From: Candidatus Bathyarchaeia archaeon
Lineage (GTDB): Archaea > Thermoproteota > CALKCG01 > B24
Assembly (NCBI GenBank): GCA_038870975.1
Contig: JAVZJD010000001.1
Span: forward strand, 512,001-576,000
Length of the DNA: 64,000 nucleotides
Direction of reading: 5' to 3'
Shown here: positions 28,508 through 38,867 of the stretch, one piece after another
Layout: each line of letters begins with the position of its first letter
How positions within the stretch are numbered: position 1 is the first letter of the stretch
Notes under the pieces: generated by a model
What the model saw: only the letters and a program-made list of their open reading frames with translations
Told to the model about the DNA's origin: nothing
The model's database searches: none
Translations under genes and position numbers: made by a program

Positions 28508-30565
28508 TTAGAATGGTATGAAGAATCTTACGGTTCCTATTAGGTATGCTATTAGGTTTGCCAGTGCGTATCCGGCTATTCCTCCGCTTACAAACGGTAT
28601 ACCGTACTCCTCGTAAGCTTTACTGCCGCCTATACGTAGGGTTAGGAATTTAGCTATCCAAGCTCCGAGCATAGCATTCCACTCTCTCATCCAGTTTGGT
28701 GCTACCCCCGTCGCCAGTATGAAGCCTATCGGATGTAGAGGCCACCATAGGAATCTAGCTCTTAGAAGGAATAGTATCATGACGATTACGAAGCCGACTG
28801 CTCCAGCCTCGAACTGGAATATAGCCGGTGGAGCCTGCTCATATCTTGCGAAGTCGTTGTCACACCAGGTTGTTACTGAGCAACTACCCCATATTGGGAC
28901 TCGGCCGACGCCTAGGAGGTTGATGATCCAGACTCTAGTGGCATTTCCTACGAATATTGCAATTATACTGGCTATGGTAGTTAGTATGAATACGTCTCTC
29001 AAGTTTATTTTAGCCATGTCTCCGATCTTAAGGTTCTGTATGGTGAGGTAAGCTCCTGTTTGAACACCGTGGGTTACGTGGTTAAGCCCTGTATGCATGA
29101 ATACGTGGCTCATAATCCAGTCTGCACTGTAAGCTTGAGGGGCTGTCGGCCATATCAGCCTTAGGGGCCAGCTTGGCCATAAAGCTCTCTCGTGTATGTA
29201 TCCGCATCCGCTAAGCCCTAAGACGTATGCTGCTGCAACCGTATTTATGAACGCCCCTACTATTAAAACGGCTAATGCTGTTCCGATGCTTAAGCCTGCT
29301 GAGAAGCAGAACGCTAATAGTATTATAGCGGATATTATTATGAACAGGTAGATCTGCCTGTATGTGAATGGTTCACGTGCTTCCTCGGGAGATTTTCCTC
29401 CACGCATAGCAAGTCTTATGGTTTCAGCAATGTAGCTTTTTGCATGGAATAGCATCATAACGGTCACCGCCAGCGTTCCACCTATCATAGTCACCCACAT
29501 CCAGTAGTACGGTGGACCAAAGAGCGGAGATATGTCTGATCCAGCCCATCCAAGAATTCTACAGCAACTTCCCATGTCGAAGACTCCAGTGTAATATCCC
29601 ATTATGTACGCTATTTGAGCTAAGATTACTATTATGATGAAGAATACCCATGCCGAGAGTAGTACGTCTAAAGGAGCTAGGTAGTACACTAAAAACGGTA
29701 GAATGTTCTTCGTATAGCCTGGCCACCATACAAGAGCACTTTCGACAGGGTCATTAGAGAATAAGCCTACACAACCCTGAGCACTTGTAGTGGTCGTTGC
29801 AGTACCTCTCCAGGCCAATAGGTCTGGCCACCAAGCCCAGACATTCGTACATAAGACTTGGACTTCGAAGATTAACGCTACTAGGAAACCTATGAGGAAC
29901 CATCTCATAGTCCTCTCTGAACCAGGTTCTCCAGATACCCTCCTTACGACATCATAAGAAGCGATTACGTATGGGAATGGGACTTTTTCAACGTCAAGCC
30001 ATCTACGCCTCAGCAACAGCATTACGCTTGAGCCAAACAGGTAGAATACTAAGAGGTATAGTGACCAGAATACTATGCTTCCAGCCCATGCACCCCAGTC
30101 TGTAGCAGCACCGCCAACGTTTATGCGTTGGACAACTTCAAGAGGAGGCATCCACCACCAGCTCTGAGCCATAGGTAAAACTTCAGGCTCCGTATACAGT
30201 AGGGTTCTACTGAAGCCGACAGGCCAGCATGCGAATGTTTCGTAGTGGCCTATGCCGTACATTCCAACCGCGGTGCCTACAACGTATATCGAGATTAGAA
30301 GAGATGGGGATAGCTTACCTTTAAAATACTTAAACGGGTAAGCTAGTAGGAGAACCAGCAGGGATATTACGGGTATTCCCATGGTTTTAGAAACCGTACC
30401 CCACGCATAGCGGCACATGAATACCTGCCCTACTGAGCCGTTTAAAGCAATCTCTACAGTTCCTATGAAACTCAGCAATGCCGATAGAATGGCTAGGGGA
30501 ATTAGTAGAGAAGGACTAATCCTAAACTCTTTGACTTCCTCAGTCATTTTCCCAGCATAATTCAA
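28508..30565 (-). CDS. DUF6785/DUF6784-like multi-pass membrane protein, paralogue 3
   Basis: WLDVEKVPFP, RARFLWWPLHPIGF, RIGGSKAYEE, C-terminal RFFIPF. Confidence 0.78.
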   Translation of the reverse strand: MNYAGKMTEEVKEFRISPSLLIPLAILSALLSFIGTVEIALNGSVGQVFMCRYAWGTVSKTMGIPVISLLVLLLAYPFKYFKGKLSPSLLISIYVVGTAVGMYGIGHYETFACWPVGFSRTLLYTEPEVLPMAQSWWWMPPLEVVQRINVGGAATDWGAWAGSIVFWSLYLLVFYLFGSSVMLLLRRRWLDVEKVPFPYVIASYDVVRRVSGEPGSERTMRWFLIGFLVALIFEVQVLCTNVWAWWPDLLAWRGTATTTTSAQGCVGLFSNDPVESALVWWPGYTKNILPFLVYYLAPLDVLLSAWVFFIIIVILAQIAYIMGYYTGVFDMGSCCRILGWAGSDISPLFGPPYYWMWVTMIGGTLAVTVMMLFHAKSYIAETIRLAMRGGKSPEEAREPFTYRQIYLFIIISAIILLAFCFSAGLSIGTALAVLIVGAFINTVAAAYVLGLSGCGYIHERALWPSWPLRLIWPTAPQAYSADWIMSHVFMHTGLNHVTHGVQTGAYLTIQNLKIGDMAKINLRDVFILTTIASIIAIFVGNATRVWIINLLGVGRVPIWGSCSVTTWCDNDFARYEQAPPAIFQFEAGAVGFVIVMILFLLRARFLWWPLHPIGFILATGVAPNWMREWNAMLGAWIAKFLTLRIGGSKAYEEYGIPFVSGGIAGYALANLIAYLIGTVRFFIPF

Positions 30566-30639
30566 TTACGGCTCAGTATTTAAAAAATTAACTGTGTTAA
30601 GCACGGAAACGACTGGGAAGGTTTAAAAAATATGCGGGG

Positions 30640-32592
30640 TCAATATGGTAGTAGCCACATGCTTCTACTTACTAGGATCAGTAGGGCACGTATAGACTCC
30701 ATTAGACTCCAGCCTATCCAACCGCCCATGTAGAATCTGTTCACGAATACGCCGTAGGATATGTTTGACCTTTTAGTTAAGATGCGGCTTACGACTTTAT
30801 TTCCAATTATTGAGCCTATGAGCATGGCCATCGTAGATTCAAGCTGCATACTGTATCCTAAGTAGGAGCCGAAGGCACCTGTTATGAAGGCCACTAAGAA
30901 GTAAGGCTTGTGGAATACTAGAGATGTCAATAGGTATATGGCTGAACCGGCGGCGAAACCGCCAAGGATAAGCTCTCTTCTGAAGAAGTAGCCCGTCCAC
31001 AGCCATACTTGCCATCTAGCCCAGTTCATCGCATCAACAGGCCAGTATATGATTGTCGCAGGGTATGCGCTTGACGGGATCGGTGAAAGACTCCACAGGT
31101 AGGATACGAACAGTAGAGTTACCAGTATTCCCGCGAAGAAAACTATTATATACGTCTTGATATACTCCGACTTGCTCGCCTGCAGTATGTCTGCTTGCAT
31201 GAACGCCTGAGCTACACCGGGGCCTCCCGTGTAGATGCTAACTGGAGCGAACCATATGCGTTTATCTGCCCAGCCGCTAGAGTATATCATCAGCTCTCTA
31301 AGCATTGGAACGTTAAAGCCTGTGAGAGTTACACCAGCTGCACTAGCGCCTAGAAATGATGCGAAGAATGAGCCTCCTATCATGAAGAGCGCTAGAATCC
31401 ATATTGGGAACCCTGTTAAAGAGTACACCAGTAGCATACCTCCACAACATGCCCCTATGAATGCTAACAGCAGTAAGTTGAGCGGGGGTCCCTCACCTTC
31501 TCCTCCTCTAGCCTTCCCTAGAGAGCTGAAAGCCCTTACGAACGTTTTAGGCCTTATTATGATCGGTAGGAATGCCGCCGCTAAGGCAAGACCTATTGTA
31601 AAGCTTGCGTAGAAGTAGAGTTGAGACCTCTGAACGAGCAGGTACATCGGCCATGAGCGGTCGTACGGGCTTTCTGCAGGCCAAAGGTTAAACCTCGTAA
31701 TCAGGTATGTTCCTACGGAGTAGTAGGAGAAAGCCCCTAGGAATTGAGCTAGACATATTTCTATGGGCAGTATGAAGCCTCCTACGAAGTACATTAGGTT
31801 TAGTGTGAAGCCGAAGCCGAACCCAGGTAGGAAGTGGGCGATTATAGGCGTCATATCATATGTCCCAGCTATTGGAAGTATCGTCGCGTATATCGCAATC
31901 CCCCCGCTAGACAAGTATGGTCCTAAGAGGTACGGGAGGAAACTTACGAACAGGTTGTACAGAGCTCCGAATAGTATTGAAAGCATTAAGATCCTCATCT
32001 GTGTCGGTTCCCTTTCTCCAAGCGTTAGTACGGTTTCCGCGGCTGCTCTAGCGGCGGGAAACTGAAGCTTCTCCACTTTAACGTAGAGGGAGTAGGTGAA
32101 ATACCCCATGGATATGTCTGCGATGAATCCAAATATCATTGCAAGCACTGTAATGCTGATTGGAAGAAGCCATACTGGGTCGAAATACAGGAAGCTAACC
32201 TCACGATATATTCTAAGCACTTCTGTTTCAGGTGGAATCCACCATGAGGGGACATACTGGGCAACGCCTAATGCATAGGATGGTTGGCTATAGGCCATAT
32301 ACATGTTCTTCAGGAAGTCGTATCCTCCACCCATACTATAGAGACCAGCATAGTACGATGCCATCCACTGGAAGCTGAGTAGGATGAAGAGCTCTTGTTT
32401 GGTTAGTGGTGACCCTAGATAGTGGGCTATTTCAGACCATAGCAGGATTACTATCCAAGCCTGTAGTGGAAACCACTGTCCACTTATCAGATAATAGTAG
32501 ATCATTACGGGTTGTACTAAGGCAAGGGAGAATGTTAAAGCTAGTAGAGACCTCCATGTTAATCCTCGACGGACTTCACCCTCCGAGGACAT
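30640..32592 (-). CDS. OPT/YSL-like putative peptide transporter
   Basis: GLTWRS, LTKQELF, VPSWWIPP, VEKLQFP.A.A.AE, PIPSSAYP...YWP. Confidence 0.7.
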   Translation of the reverse strand: MSSEGEVRRGLTWRSLLALTFSLALVQPVMIYYYLISGQWFPLQAWIVILLWSEIAHYLGSPLTKQELFILLSFQWMASYYAGLYSMGGGYDFLKNMYMAYSQPSYALGVAQYVPSWWIPPETEVLRIYREVSFLYFDPVWLLPISITVLAMIFGFIADISMGYFTYSLYVKVEKLQFPAARAAAETVLTLGEREPTQMRILMLSILFGALYNLFVSFLPYLLGPYLSSGGIAIYATILPIAGTYDMTPIIAHFLPGFGFGFTLNLMYFVGGFILPIEICLAQFLGAFSYYSVGTYLITRFNLWPAESPYDRSWPMYLLVQRSQLYFYASFTIGLALAAAFLPIIIRPKTFVRAFSSLGKARGGEGEGPPLNLLLLAFIGACCGGMLLVYSLTGFPIWILALFMIGGSFFASFLGASAAGVTLTGFNVPMLRELMIYSSGWADKRIWFAPVSIYTGGPGVAQAFMQADILQASKSEYIKTYIIVFFAGILVTLLFVSYLWSLSPIPSSAYPATIIYWPVDAMNWARWQVWLWTGYFFRRELILGGFAAGSAIYLLTSLVFHKPYFLVAFITGAFGSYLGYSMQLESTMAMLIGSIIGNKVVSRILTKRSNISYGVFVNRFYMGGWIGWSLMESIRALLILVSRSMWLLPY

Positions 32593-32596
32593 TCGA

Positions 32597-35500
32597 TCAC
32601 CTCTTTTCTACATCAGAACCTTTCTTAAACTCCTCAAGACCTATGAAGCCCTTCTTCTTAAACGTTTCTAAGCCCGTCTCAATATATTTCTCTTTAACAT
32701 CGGTTTTCAGTGTTCTCCAGATCAAAAGCTGCTTTCTCATGTTGTCTATAAACGGTCTGTTCGAGTTAACCCAATCGCTAAGCAGACCCGTGGTTCTACG
32801 TAGGTATATGGTAAGTCCGTAAGGCCTCTTTCTATGCGATTCTGCTATCAGTGAAACCTGCTGAGTGATTCCTACGTCGAAGGGGGCAAGTCTAACGTTA
32901 GCTGTAATGAGTTTAACATCTTTATCCTCCGCTATGTTCTCCTCAGATTTCCACTCAATGTCACCGAATGTGGCGAAAGCTCCTACACCCTCAGTTCTAT
33001 GGGCATCGAAGTACTCGTTTACGAACGCTAGGAATCCGTATATCTCACGACCGGAGAAGACGAAGGGCATTTTAATCTCCCACTCGTCTCCACGTGGCGG
33101 TGGAACCTTCCACTTACGCTCTAGAGATGGAGTTACAAGCTTAGACGCCTTGATAGATGGATAGACTGTTGAAATTATTGTTACTAGCGATGTAGACCCC
33201 AGCACGATGAATACGTAGAATGATGAGAAGTTCGGGTAGAATCCTTCAGGATACATGTTCAACGATGCGAATAGCCAGCATCCGATAACTCCGTATACAT
33301 AGCCCATTACCGCTCCGAGTAGAGCGTATACTAAAGACTCCGTTAGGAATAATACTGAAACGTGTAGCGGGGATAGCCCTACCGCCATGTATATCGATAT
33401 TTCCCTCGTCCTGTAGTATACGTTAGCTAGCATCATGTTTAGAATGGTAAAACTGCATATTATCGTTGGAAGTATGAATGTTTCAAAGCCGGTTATCGTG
33501 AACCATTGCCTATATCTAACCACTCCGAGCCTATTGGGGGCATCACTGTAGTATATGTCTGTAGTTATTCTTAAAGCTAAATCACGTGCGATGTCTCTTA
33601 TCGTCGCCGTATCGTAGGGTTTATATGCAATACTCACTATGTAAGCCCTTTCTCTTAAGAGCAGGCAGGCTTTAAGAGGCATTATCATTATCTGGCTTCC
33701 GGGGAAGTGGAAGGGTACAGCTCTACCAGCACCTGTAGTCACCAATGGCATTAGCGGAGTGATAGGTTCACCGTCAAGGTCTACTAGACCACTGCTTCCA
33801 GACCATAGCAAGTCTCCGTCGAATATACCTATGACTCTAAGTTCCATACCTAAGAAGGGTATTGTAGAGCCTATTGTTATCTCCCTACCGAGCTCCTTTG
33901 TAAGGTTGTCGGCTATTGTTTTACTTATTATACACGTGTAGACATCATCTGGACCGAACCAGTCGCTACCGGGCAATAATATTTCATCTACGTGGGAGAT
34001 CTCCTTCTCCTCGGGACTTAGAAATAGAACAGCTCCAACTTTCGTTATCAGCTTATCTGAAAATGCGAAGTATCCTAAACCTCTCTGTGGCGGCGGTGGG
34101 AATAGCCATCCTCTAGCCGAGTATATTCCGGTGCCTTTAAACTGGTTTATAACTTGGTAGTACATCTCCTCAGGAATCGCAGACCATACTGGCCTCCTTA
34201 TCAATATACCTTGATATAGTGGCGGTTCCTCCCCTTCTGATACCACTTTTACATCTTCCACTGGCCTTGGAGCAGCCATAAGCGATGTAAATGTCACCAT
34301 TGAGAAGACTAGGATGATTACCGATGATAGTGTTAATGCTGTCATAAAGCGTCTTCTCCTCATATTGCTGATAGATAGCGAAAATGCTTGGAAGGCTATG
34401 GCTGAACGGCTTATCTCCGCCGTGTGCATACCTACCATTCTCTCTTTCAAGGTCTTAGCACTCATCATAGCTTCTCTAATAACGAAGCCTAGAAGAGGCA
34501 GTATCACCATAGCTGAGCCGAATGCTAAGATTGCCATACCAGCGTTTGTAGCCAGGTGGAAGCCTGGGTGGAATATGTTCAATACGATTAACATGATTCC
34601 AAAGACTATTATAGTGGATGCTAGGAGTTTACGCTTTTCAAACCCTATGAGTCGGCTTATAGCATAGGCGAAGGGTATTGTAGCTATAGATATTACGACG
34701 ATCGTATATATTACCTGCATTATCAAATCCATCATCGAATAATACGCCATCTGCTCGTATGCCCAGGATGCGTAAGCTGCCGCATAGCTTAAACCGTAGT
34801 CTCTCATACGAGCCGCTGCTATGGCCTGATTGAAGTACTCCGTAGCTAGATTATGGAATAGCATTGTGACAGGATTGAACGTGTAGAATTGCGCAGCCAG
34901 CCTGACTCTACCATCATTCAACATATATATGTCTCTAGCGTAAATCAGAGGAGTAAACGGTATCATCAAAGTTTCGCCAGGTTTAACAGTATAACCGTAT
35001 CCAGCTGGGTTTTCAGCCGTACTGTTAAGTAGAAGACCCATTGGAAATCTCCCTCCAGCCCCACCTCCTCCAAAGGCGGCTCCGATAAATCCGAAGGTTC
35101 CAATTGCGACGCCACCACCTCCACCACCAGCAGCGGCGGCTCCATATGCACGTCCTCTCATTATGAGTATTTCAACGGGAGTGTTAGGTATGACGAAGCC
35201 CATAACGTCTCCATATGGGGACGCTAGAGCACTCTGTTGGATCAAGGGGCCGTGGGCTAATCTATTGTATAGTAATATGGCTGGCATTGAGCTTAAGTCT
35301 GTTGGATTAAAGAGGGCAAATAACACTATACTTGAACATCTAAAGATGGATACTAAGTATGATGCTTCTATGGTGGTTACGGAGGCGTAGTTTGACTGAT
35401 ACGGTGACCAGACACCTACATCTGTAGCCCATTCTATATGTCCATTTGTACTGTTGACTACAAAAGCGTTTACAGTTCCACCCGTGTAGGGTTTAACACC

Positions 35501-37297
35501 CTTAATTACAACTTCACCGTTACGGTTGGGTTTAACTACAACATCCAAAATACCTGCTAAGAAGGCTGCACCGAAGGCTGCGTAGGATGGTACTGCGGTG
35601 AGAGCGGGGGCTGAAGCTGATTGGTAATGTACGACCAAATCATCTATAGCTTCGGGGTGTCTAGTGGCGTCAAATGGATCCCAGTAGGCAGTCGTCATAT
35701 TATAGCTGACGACTCTTATAGTTAAACTGCAGTATCCCCACTCTCCCGTAGCCTCCATTCTTGAAGGTTGTTTTGGAAGATCTATTCTAGGCTCGTTTAT
35801 CAAGGCATATAGAGATGCGAATATAAACTGTACTTGAGGCCAGTAGTTTTTCCACTCGATTTTATCGAATGTATCAGCCGGAGTCTTCATAAAGTGTCTT
35901 GCGTCATTAGTTGTATGGAATGCAAATCCTCCACCGTAGCATGCTGCTACGAAGGGTTCAGAGTCGAAGTATGTTGCCCCCATGAATTCCGTCGGTGGGC
36001 ATGCGCTTATCCAGGGAGGATAAGTTAAAAGTATTTGGTCTAAGAAGTATTCGCCGTATCTAGCTCCAAGTATTTCCTTCAACGCTGGTAAATATGTCTG
36101 GAACAGTAGAGTTATCAGTTGAGTATATCTGCCGTTTAGAACCTGAAGGTTTGTATATGAGTAAACGTTGCCACGGTTGTATACGGCGAGTTGCTGACTT
36201 CCAGCAGACAGATCTAGGCTAACTAGAAAACCTACATTTCTAAACATTCCGAAGTGTCTATCAACCCATTCTCTAGCACCCCATAGGCTCTGCCAGTGTC
36301 CCGCAAATACAACAAGCATTACTGAGCGTTTAGGCGGGTTTTGAGCGAGAAGCTTAGCGAGGTTTAGCAGCGCAGATACACCTAGAGCGTCTGTCGCACC
36401 CGGGGCTAGAGCTGGTACTATAGACCATGAGTCTAGATACGCAGTTAATACGCATATTTCATTTGGATACTGTGTTCCAGGTATGAAGCCGACGATGTTG
36501 GGTACGCGTATGTTCTCCCATTTCATAAACGAATCTATCCATATTTTAACCTCACCCCTTCTCTCACAAAGCTCCTTCAGACGGAGACCTTCTTCAGGTT
36601 TCAAGTATATCCTTGGGAATGCCACTGGCAGGTTGTAGAGCTTCTGGAAAGCCTCCATTCTAGACTCTCTTCCACTACCGATGTATACGACGCCCTTGGC
36701 TCCGAACATCATAGCCAATCTAAAGAACCATCTGCTGTCGTCGAAGTCCATCAATACTACTCTACCTGTGACATTAACCTTTGATAGGTCGTCGAACTCG
36801 CCCTTACCAACATACACTAGGATATCGCCTTCAGAGGGGCTCTTATAGGGAGATGGGTTTACGAGGTTCGGCCAGAGGTTGTATCCTTCAAATGTTTCAC
36901 CATTTTCGAGGATTATCTTAGCACCGTAGTCAACTGGCACCGTGATTTCAAAGTATTCGAAGTATTCGTCGTCACCGTATGGTTGAATGCCGTAGCTTCT
37001 AAACTCAGACACAACGTAATCTACTGCTTTAAAGAAACCTGGATAGCCTGTAACTCTAGAACCACAGCTTGCGAAGAAAGCAATATGACGCATTATCTCA
37101 TCTTGGTCTATGCTACTCAAAACCTGTTTAAACATGGGGATTAGCTCTTCACTACGCTGAGGTATTAACTGTGAATAGGCTGGTGATACTACAGCAGACT
37201 CTAATAGGGCTAGTACGACCACCATAGCGAGGAAAATTGAGACCACTTTGGACTTTTGACGTCTTAGATCAACATCTAAACGTTTTGAATCTTTCAA
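32597..37297 (-). CDS. Large membrane protein: signal peptide, degenerate M28-peptidase/PA domain and FtsX/MacB-like permease domains
   Basis: SRVTGYPG, AYLDSWS.VP..APGA.DA, GHWQ.L.GAREW; NMRRRRF.T.LT and RTREI.IY.AVGLSP..V..LFL.ES (FtsX); PSLERKW. Confidence 0.8.
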   Translation of the reverse strand: MKDSKRLDVDLRRQKSKVVSIFLAMVVVLALLESAVVSPAYSQLIPQRSEELIPMFKQVLSSIDQDEIMRHIAFFASCGSRVTGYPGFFKAVDYVVSEFRSYGIQPYGDDEYFEYFEITVPVDYGAKIILENGETFEGYNLWPNLVNPSPYKSPSEGDILVYVGKGEFDDLSKVNVTGRVVLMDFDDSRWFFRLAMMFGAKGVVYIGSGRESRMEAFQKLYNLPVAFPRIYLKPEEGLRLKELCERRGEVKIWIDSFMKWENIRVPNIVGFIPGTQYPNEICVLTAYLDSWSIVPALAPGATDALGVSALLNLAKLLAQNPPKRSVMLVVFAGHWQSLWGAREWVDRHFGMFRNVGFLVSLDLSAGSQQLAVYNRGNVYSYTNLQVLNGRYTQLITLLFQTYLPALKEILGARYGEYFLDQILLTYPPWISACPPTEFMGATYFDSEPFVAACYGGGFAFHTTNDARHFMKTPADTFDKIEWKNYWPQVQFIFASLYALINEPRIDLPKQPSRMEATGEWGYCSLTIRVVSYNMTTAYWDPFDATRHPEAIDDLVVHYQSASAPALTAVPSYAAFGAAFLAGILDVVVKPNRNGEVVIKGVKPYTGGTVNAFVVNSTNGHIEWATDVGVWSPYQSNYASVTTIEASYLVSIFRCSSIVLFALFNPTDLSSMPAILLYNRLAHGPLIQQSALASPYGDVMGFVIPNTPVEILIMRGRAYGAAAAGGGGGGVAIGTFGFIGAAFGGGGAGGRFPMGLLLNSTAENPAGYGYTVKPGETLMIPFTPLIYARDIYMLNDGRVRLAAQFYTFNPVTMLFHNLATEYFNQAIAAARMRDYGLSYAAAYASWAYEQMAYYSMMDLIMQVIYTIVVISIATIPFAYAISRLIGFEKRKLLASTIIVFGIMLIVLNIFHPGFHLATNAGMAILAFGSAMVILPLLGFVIREAMMSAKTLKERMVGMHTAEISRSAIAFQAFSLSISNMRRRRFMTALTLSSVIILVFSMVTFTSLMAAPRPVEDVKVVSEGEEPPLYQGILIRRPVWSAIPEEMYYQVINQFKGTGIYSARGWLFPPPPQRGLGYFAFSDKLITKVGAVLFLSPEEKEISHVDEILLPGSDWFGPDDVYTCIISKTIADNLTKELGREITIGSTIPFLGMELRVIGIFDGDLLWSGSSGLVDLDGEPITPLMPLVTTGAGRAVPFHFPGSQIMIMPLKACLLLRERAYIVSIAYKPYDTATIRDIARDLALRITTDIYYSDAPNRLGVVRYRQWFTITGFETFILPTIICSFTILNMMLANVYYRTREISIYMAVGLSPLHVSVLFLTESLVYALLGAVMGYVYGVIGCWLFASLNMYPEGFYPNFSSFYVFIVLGSTSLVTIISTVYPSIKASKLVTPSLERKWKVPPPRGDEWEIKMPFVFSGREIYGFLAFVNEYFDAHRTEGVGAFATFGDIEWKSEENIAEDKDVKLITANVRLAPFDVGITQQVSLIAESHRKRPYGLTIYLRRTTGLLSDWVNSNRPFIDNMRKQLLIWRTLKTDVKEKYIETGLETFKKKGFIGLEEFKKGSDVEKR

Positions 37298-37440
37298 CTG
37301 GAAACACCTGAATTTAGAAGTAGAGAAAAAGTATATAAGGATTTTCTCCTACGGATGACTAATCTATGCTAATAGAGCTACCTAGGAAAAAATTAAAGGA
37401 AAACATTTAAATTTGTTTTTCAATCTATCTGTAGCCTGAA

Positions 37441-37974
37441 GTGGAGCGGAAGATAATATATTTAGGCATAGCTATACTAATTGTAAGTATATACGTGTTG
37501 TTAGCAGCGCAGTCTCTATCTACCGTAGTAAGCGTAGATGAATGGATATATGATAAAAATATAAGTTTACTTGAAAATGAAATCTATGCAATAGAAGATA
37601 GGTTTGATTCTAATATCACGATAGTTGTAAATGTAATAACATATGAACACTGTATAAATTTCAAGTTTATGGATGAAGTAAACTATGGTAGATTCCTAAG
37701 GGGTGAAGAATACAACAGTATAATCGATGTTGAACATACTGCCAACTATATGCTTACGTATTGGAATAGTGAAGCCAACAAAACATACGTCGTTTTTTTA
37801 AGCAACGTAGGTCAATGCTTTGAAAAATTAGTGGAAGTGAAAATAGGAGTAAGCAAAATGCCACCTAGAAACCCCACTGAGGAAAAAGCCATTCTAACAA
37901 AATCAGGCTTCGGAATGTTAGCCGGAGCCTTTTGGATACTCTTGTATGGCATACTCAAAGAAAAGAGAAGTTAA
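37441..37974 (+). CDS. Two-TM membrane protein (paralogue of 27764..28360)
   Basis: N- and C-terminal TM segments; MDEVNY..F..G..Y; shared motifs with 27764..28360. Confidence 0.6.
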   Translation: MERKIIYLGIAILIVSIYVLLAAQSLSTVVSVDEWIYDKNISLLENEIYAIEDRFDSNITIVVNVITYEHCINFKFMDEVNYGRFLRGEEYNSIIDVEHTANYMLTYWNSEANKTYVVFLSNVGQCFEKLVEVKIGVSKMPPRNPTEEKAILTKSGFGMLAGAFWILLYGILKEKRS

Positions 37975-38822
37975 ACGGTTTGAGACGCCCCTTTCTGAGG
38001 GGGCCATTCCCTCAAATACTTCATAATGGCTTTCACCTCATCCTGCGTTAAACAAACCCTTTCAATATCTGCCGTCAATACTTCACCGCTCCAAGCGCTC
38101 TGAAGCATCTTCACGACGTTTCTTATACACTCTGGACACGAGGATACTATGCCACTCCATTGCTCCAATCCATCTTCCGTCTCAAACTTGCTAATAACCA
38201 TAACTGTTCTATCGTCTGATACGAGTATTAGTGGCAGAGGCGCTGTGGTCTTTCTAACTTCAAAGCCTAGGCTTTTAGCCCTCTTTTCAAGTTCATCACT
38301 CTGAACAATAAGCCTAACGACAACATTCTTCTTGGCTAGTTTAGATAAAGCCGACAAGAGTTTATCATATGGAATCAGCTCGTAAATGGGTAACGATATT
38401 GAGAGTGATTTAGAGGTTTTAGAGATTGTTTTAGAGAGCACGCGGCTTATTCGACTTTTGCCTAGTACGTGGGTTCGACCGTAAAACCTCATCTTAGATA
38501 TCGCGGTGTAGAGTGGTGTAAGCTCCGATATCAAGAAGTCTGAAGTCTTATAGATGTCTTTAATTATCCTATCCCTAAGGTCTCCTATAGACTTAGACGG
38601 GGGCTCAACTTGAAACATTAAAGGCCTCTGTTCAACCACGCTTATTAGATTGAGGGATTTAAGTTTCTCAATAGAAGTATAGACCTTGGGATATGGAATG
38701 CCAGTTATCGAGCTAATTTCAGAAGCCGTTAATGCGCCAAACCTTAAAATGGCTAGGTATGCTTTAGCTTCATAAGATGTTAATCCAAGCTTTCTTAAGG
38801 AACTTAATAAGTCGTATTCCAT
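37971..38822 (-). CDS. TrmB-family transcriptional regulator
   Basis: LRKLGLTSYEAKAYLAIL...TASEIS..TGIP.PKVY. Confidence 0.9.
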   Translation of the reverse strand: MEYDLLSSLRKLGLTSYEAKAYLAILRFGALTASEISSITGIPYPKVYTSIEKLKSLNLISVVEQRPLMFQVEPPSKSIGDLRDRIIKDIYKTSDFLISELTPLYTAISKMRFYGRTHVLGKSRISRVLSKTISKTSKSLSISLPIYELIPYDKLLSALSKLAKKNVVVRLIVQSDELEKRAKSLGFEVRKTTAPLPLILVSDDRTVMVISKFETEDGLEQWSGIVSSCPECIRNVVKMLQSAWSGEVLTADIERVCLTQDEVKAIMKYLREWPPQKGASQTV

Positions 38823-38867
38823 TATAAAAAGGTTTATAGAAAACCTTTCATATTAAATTATCGGAAA

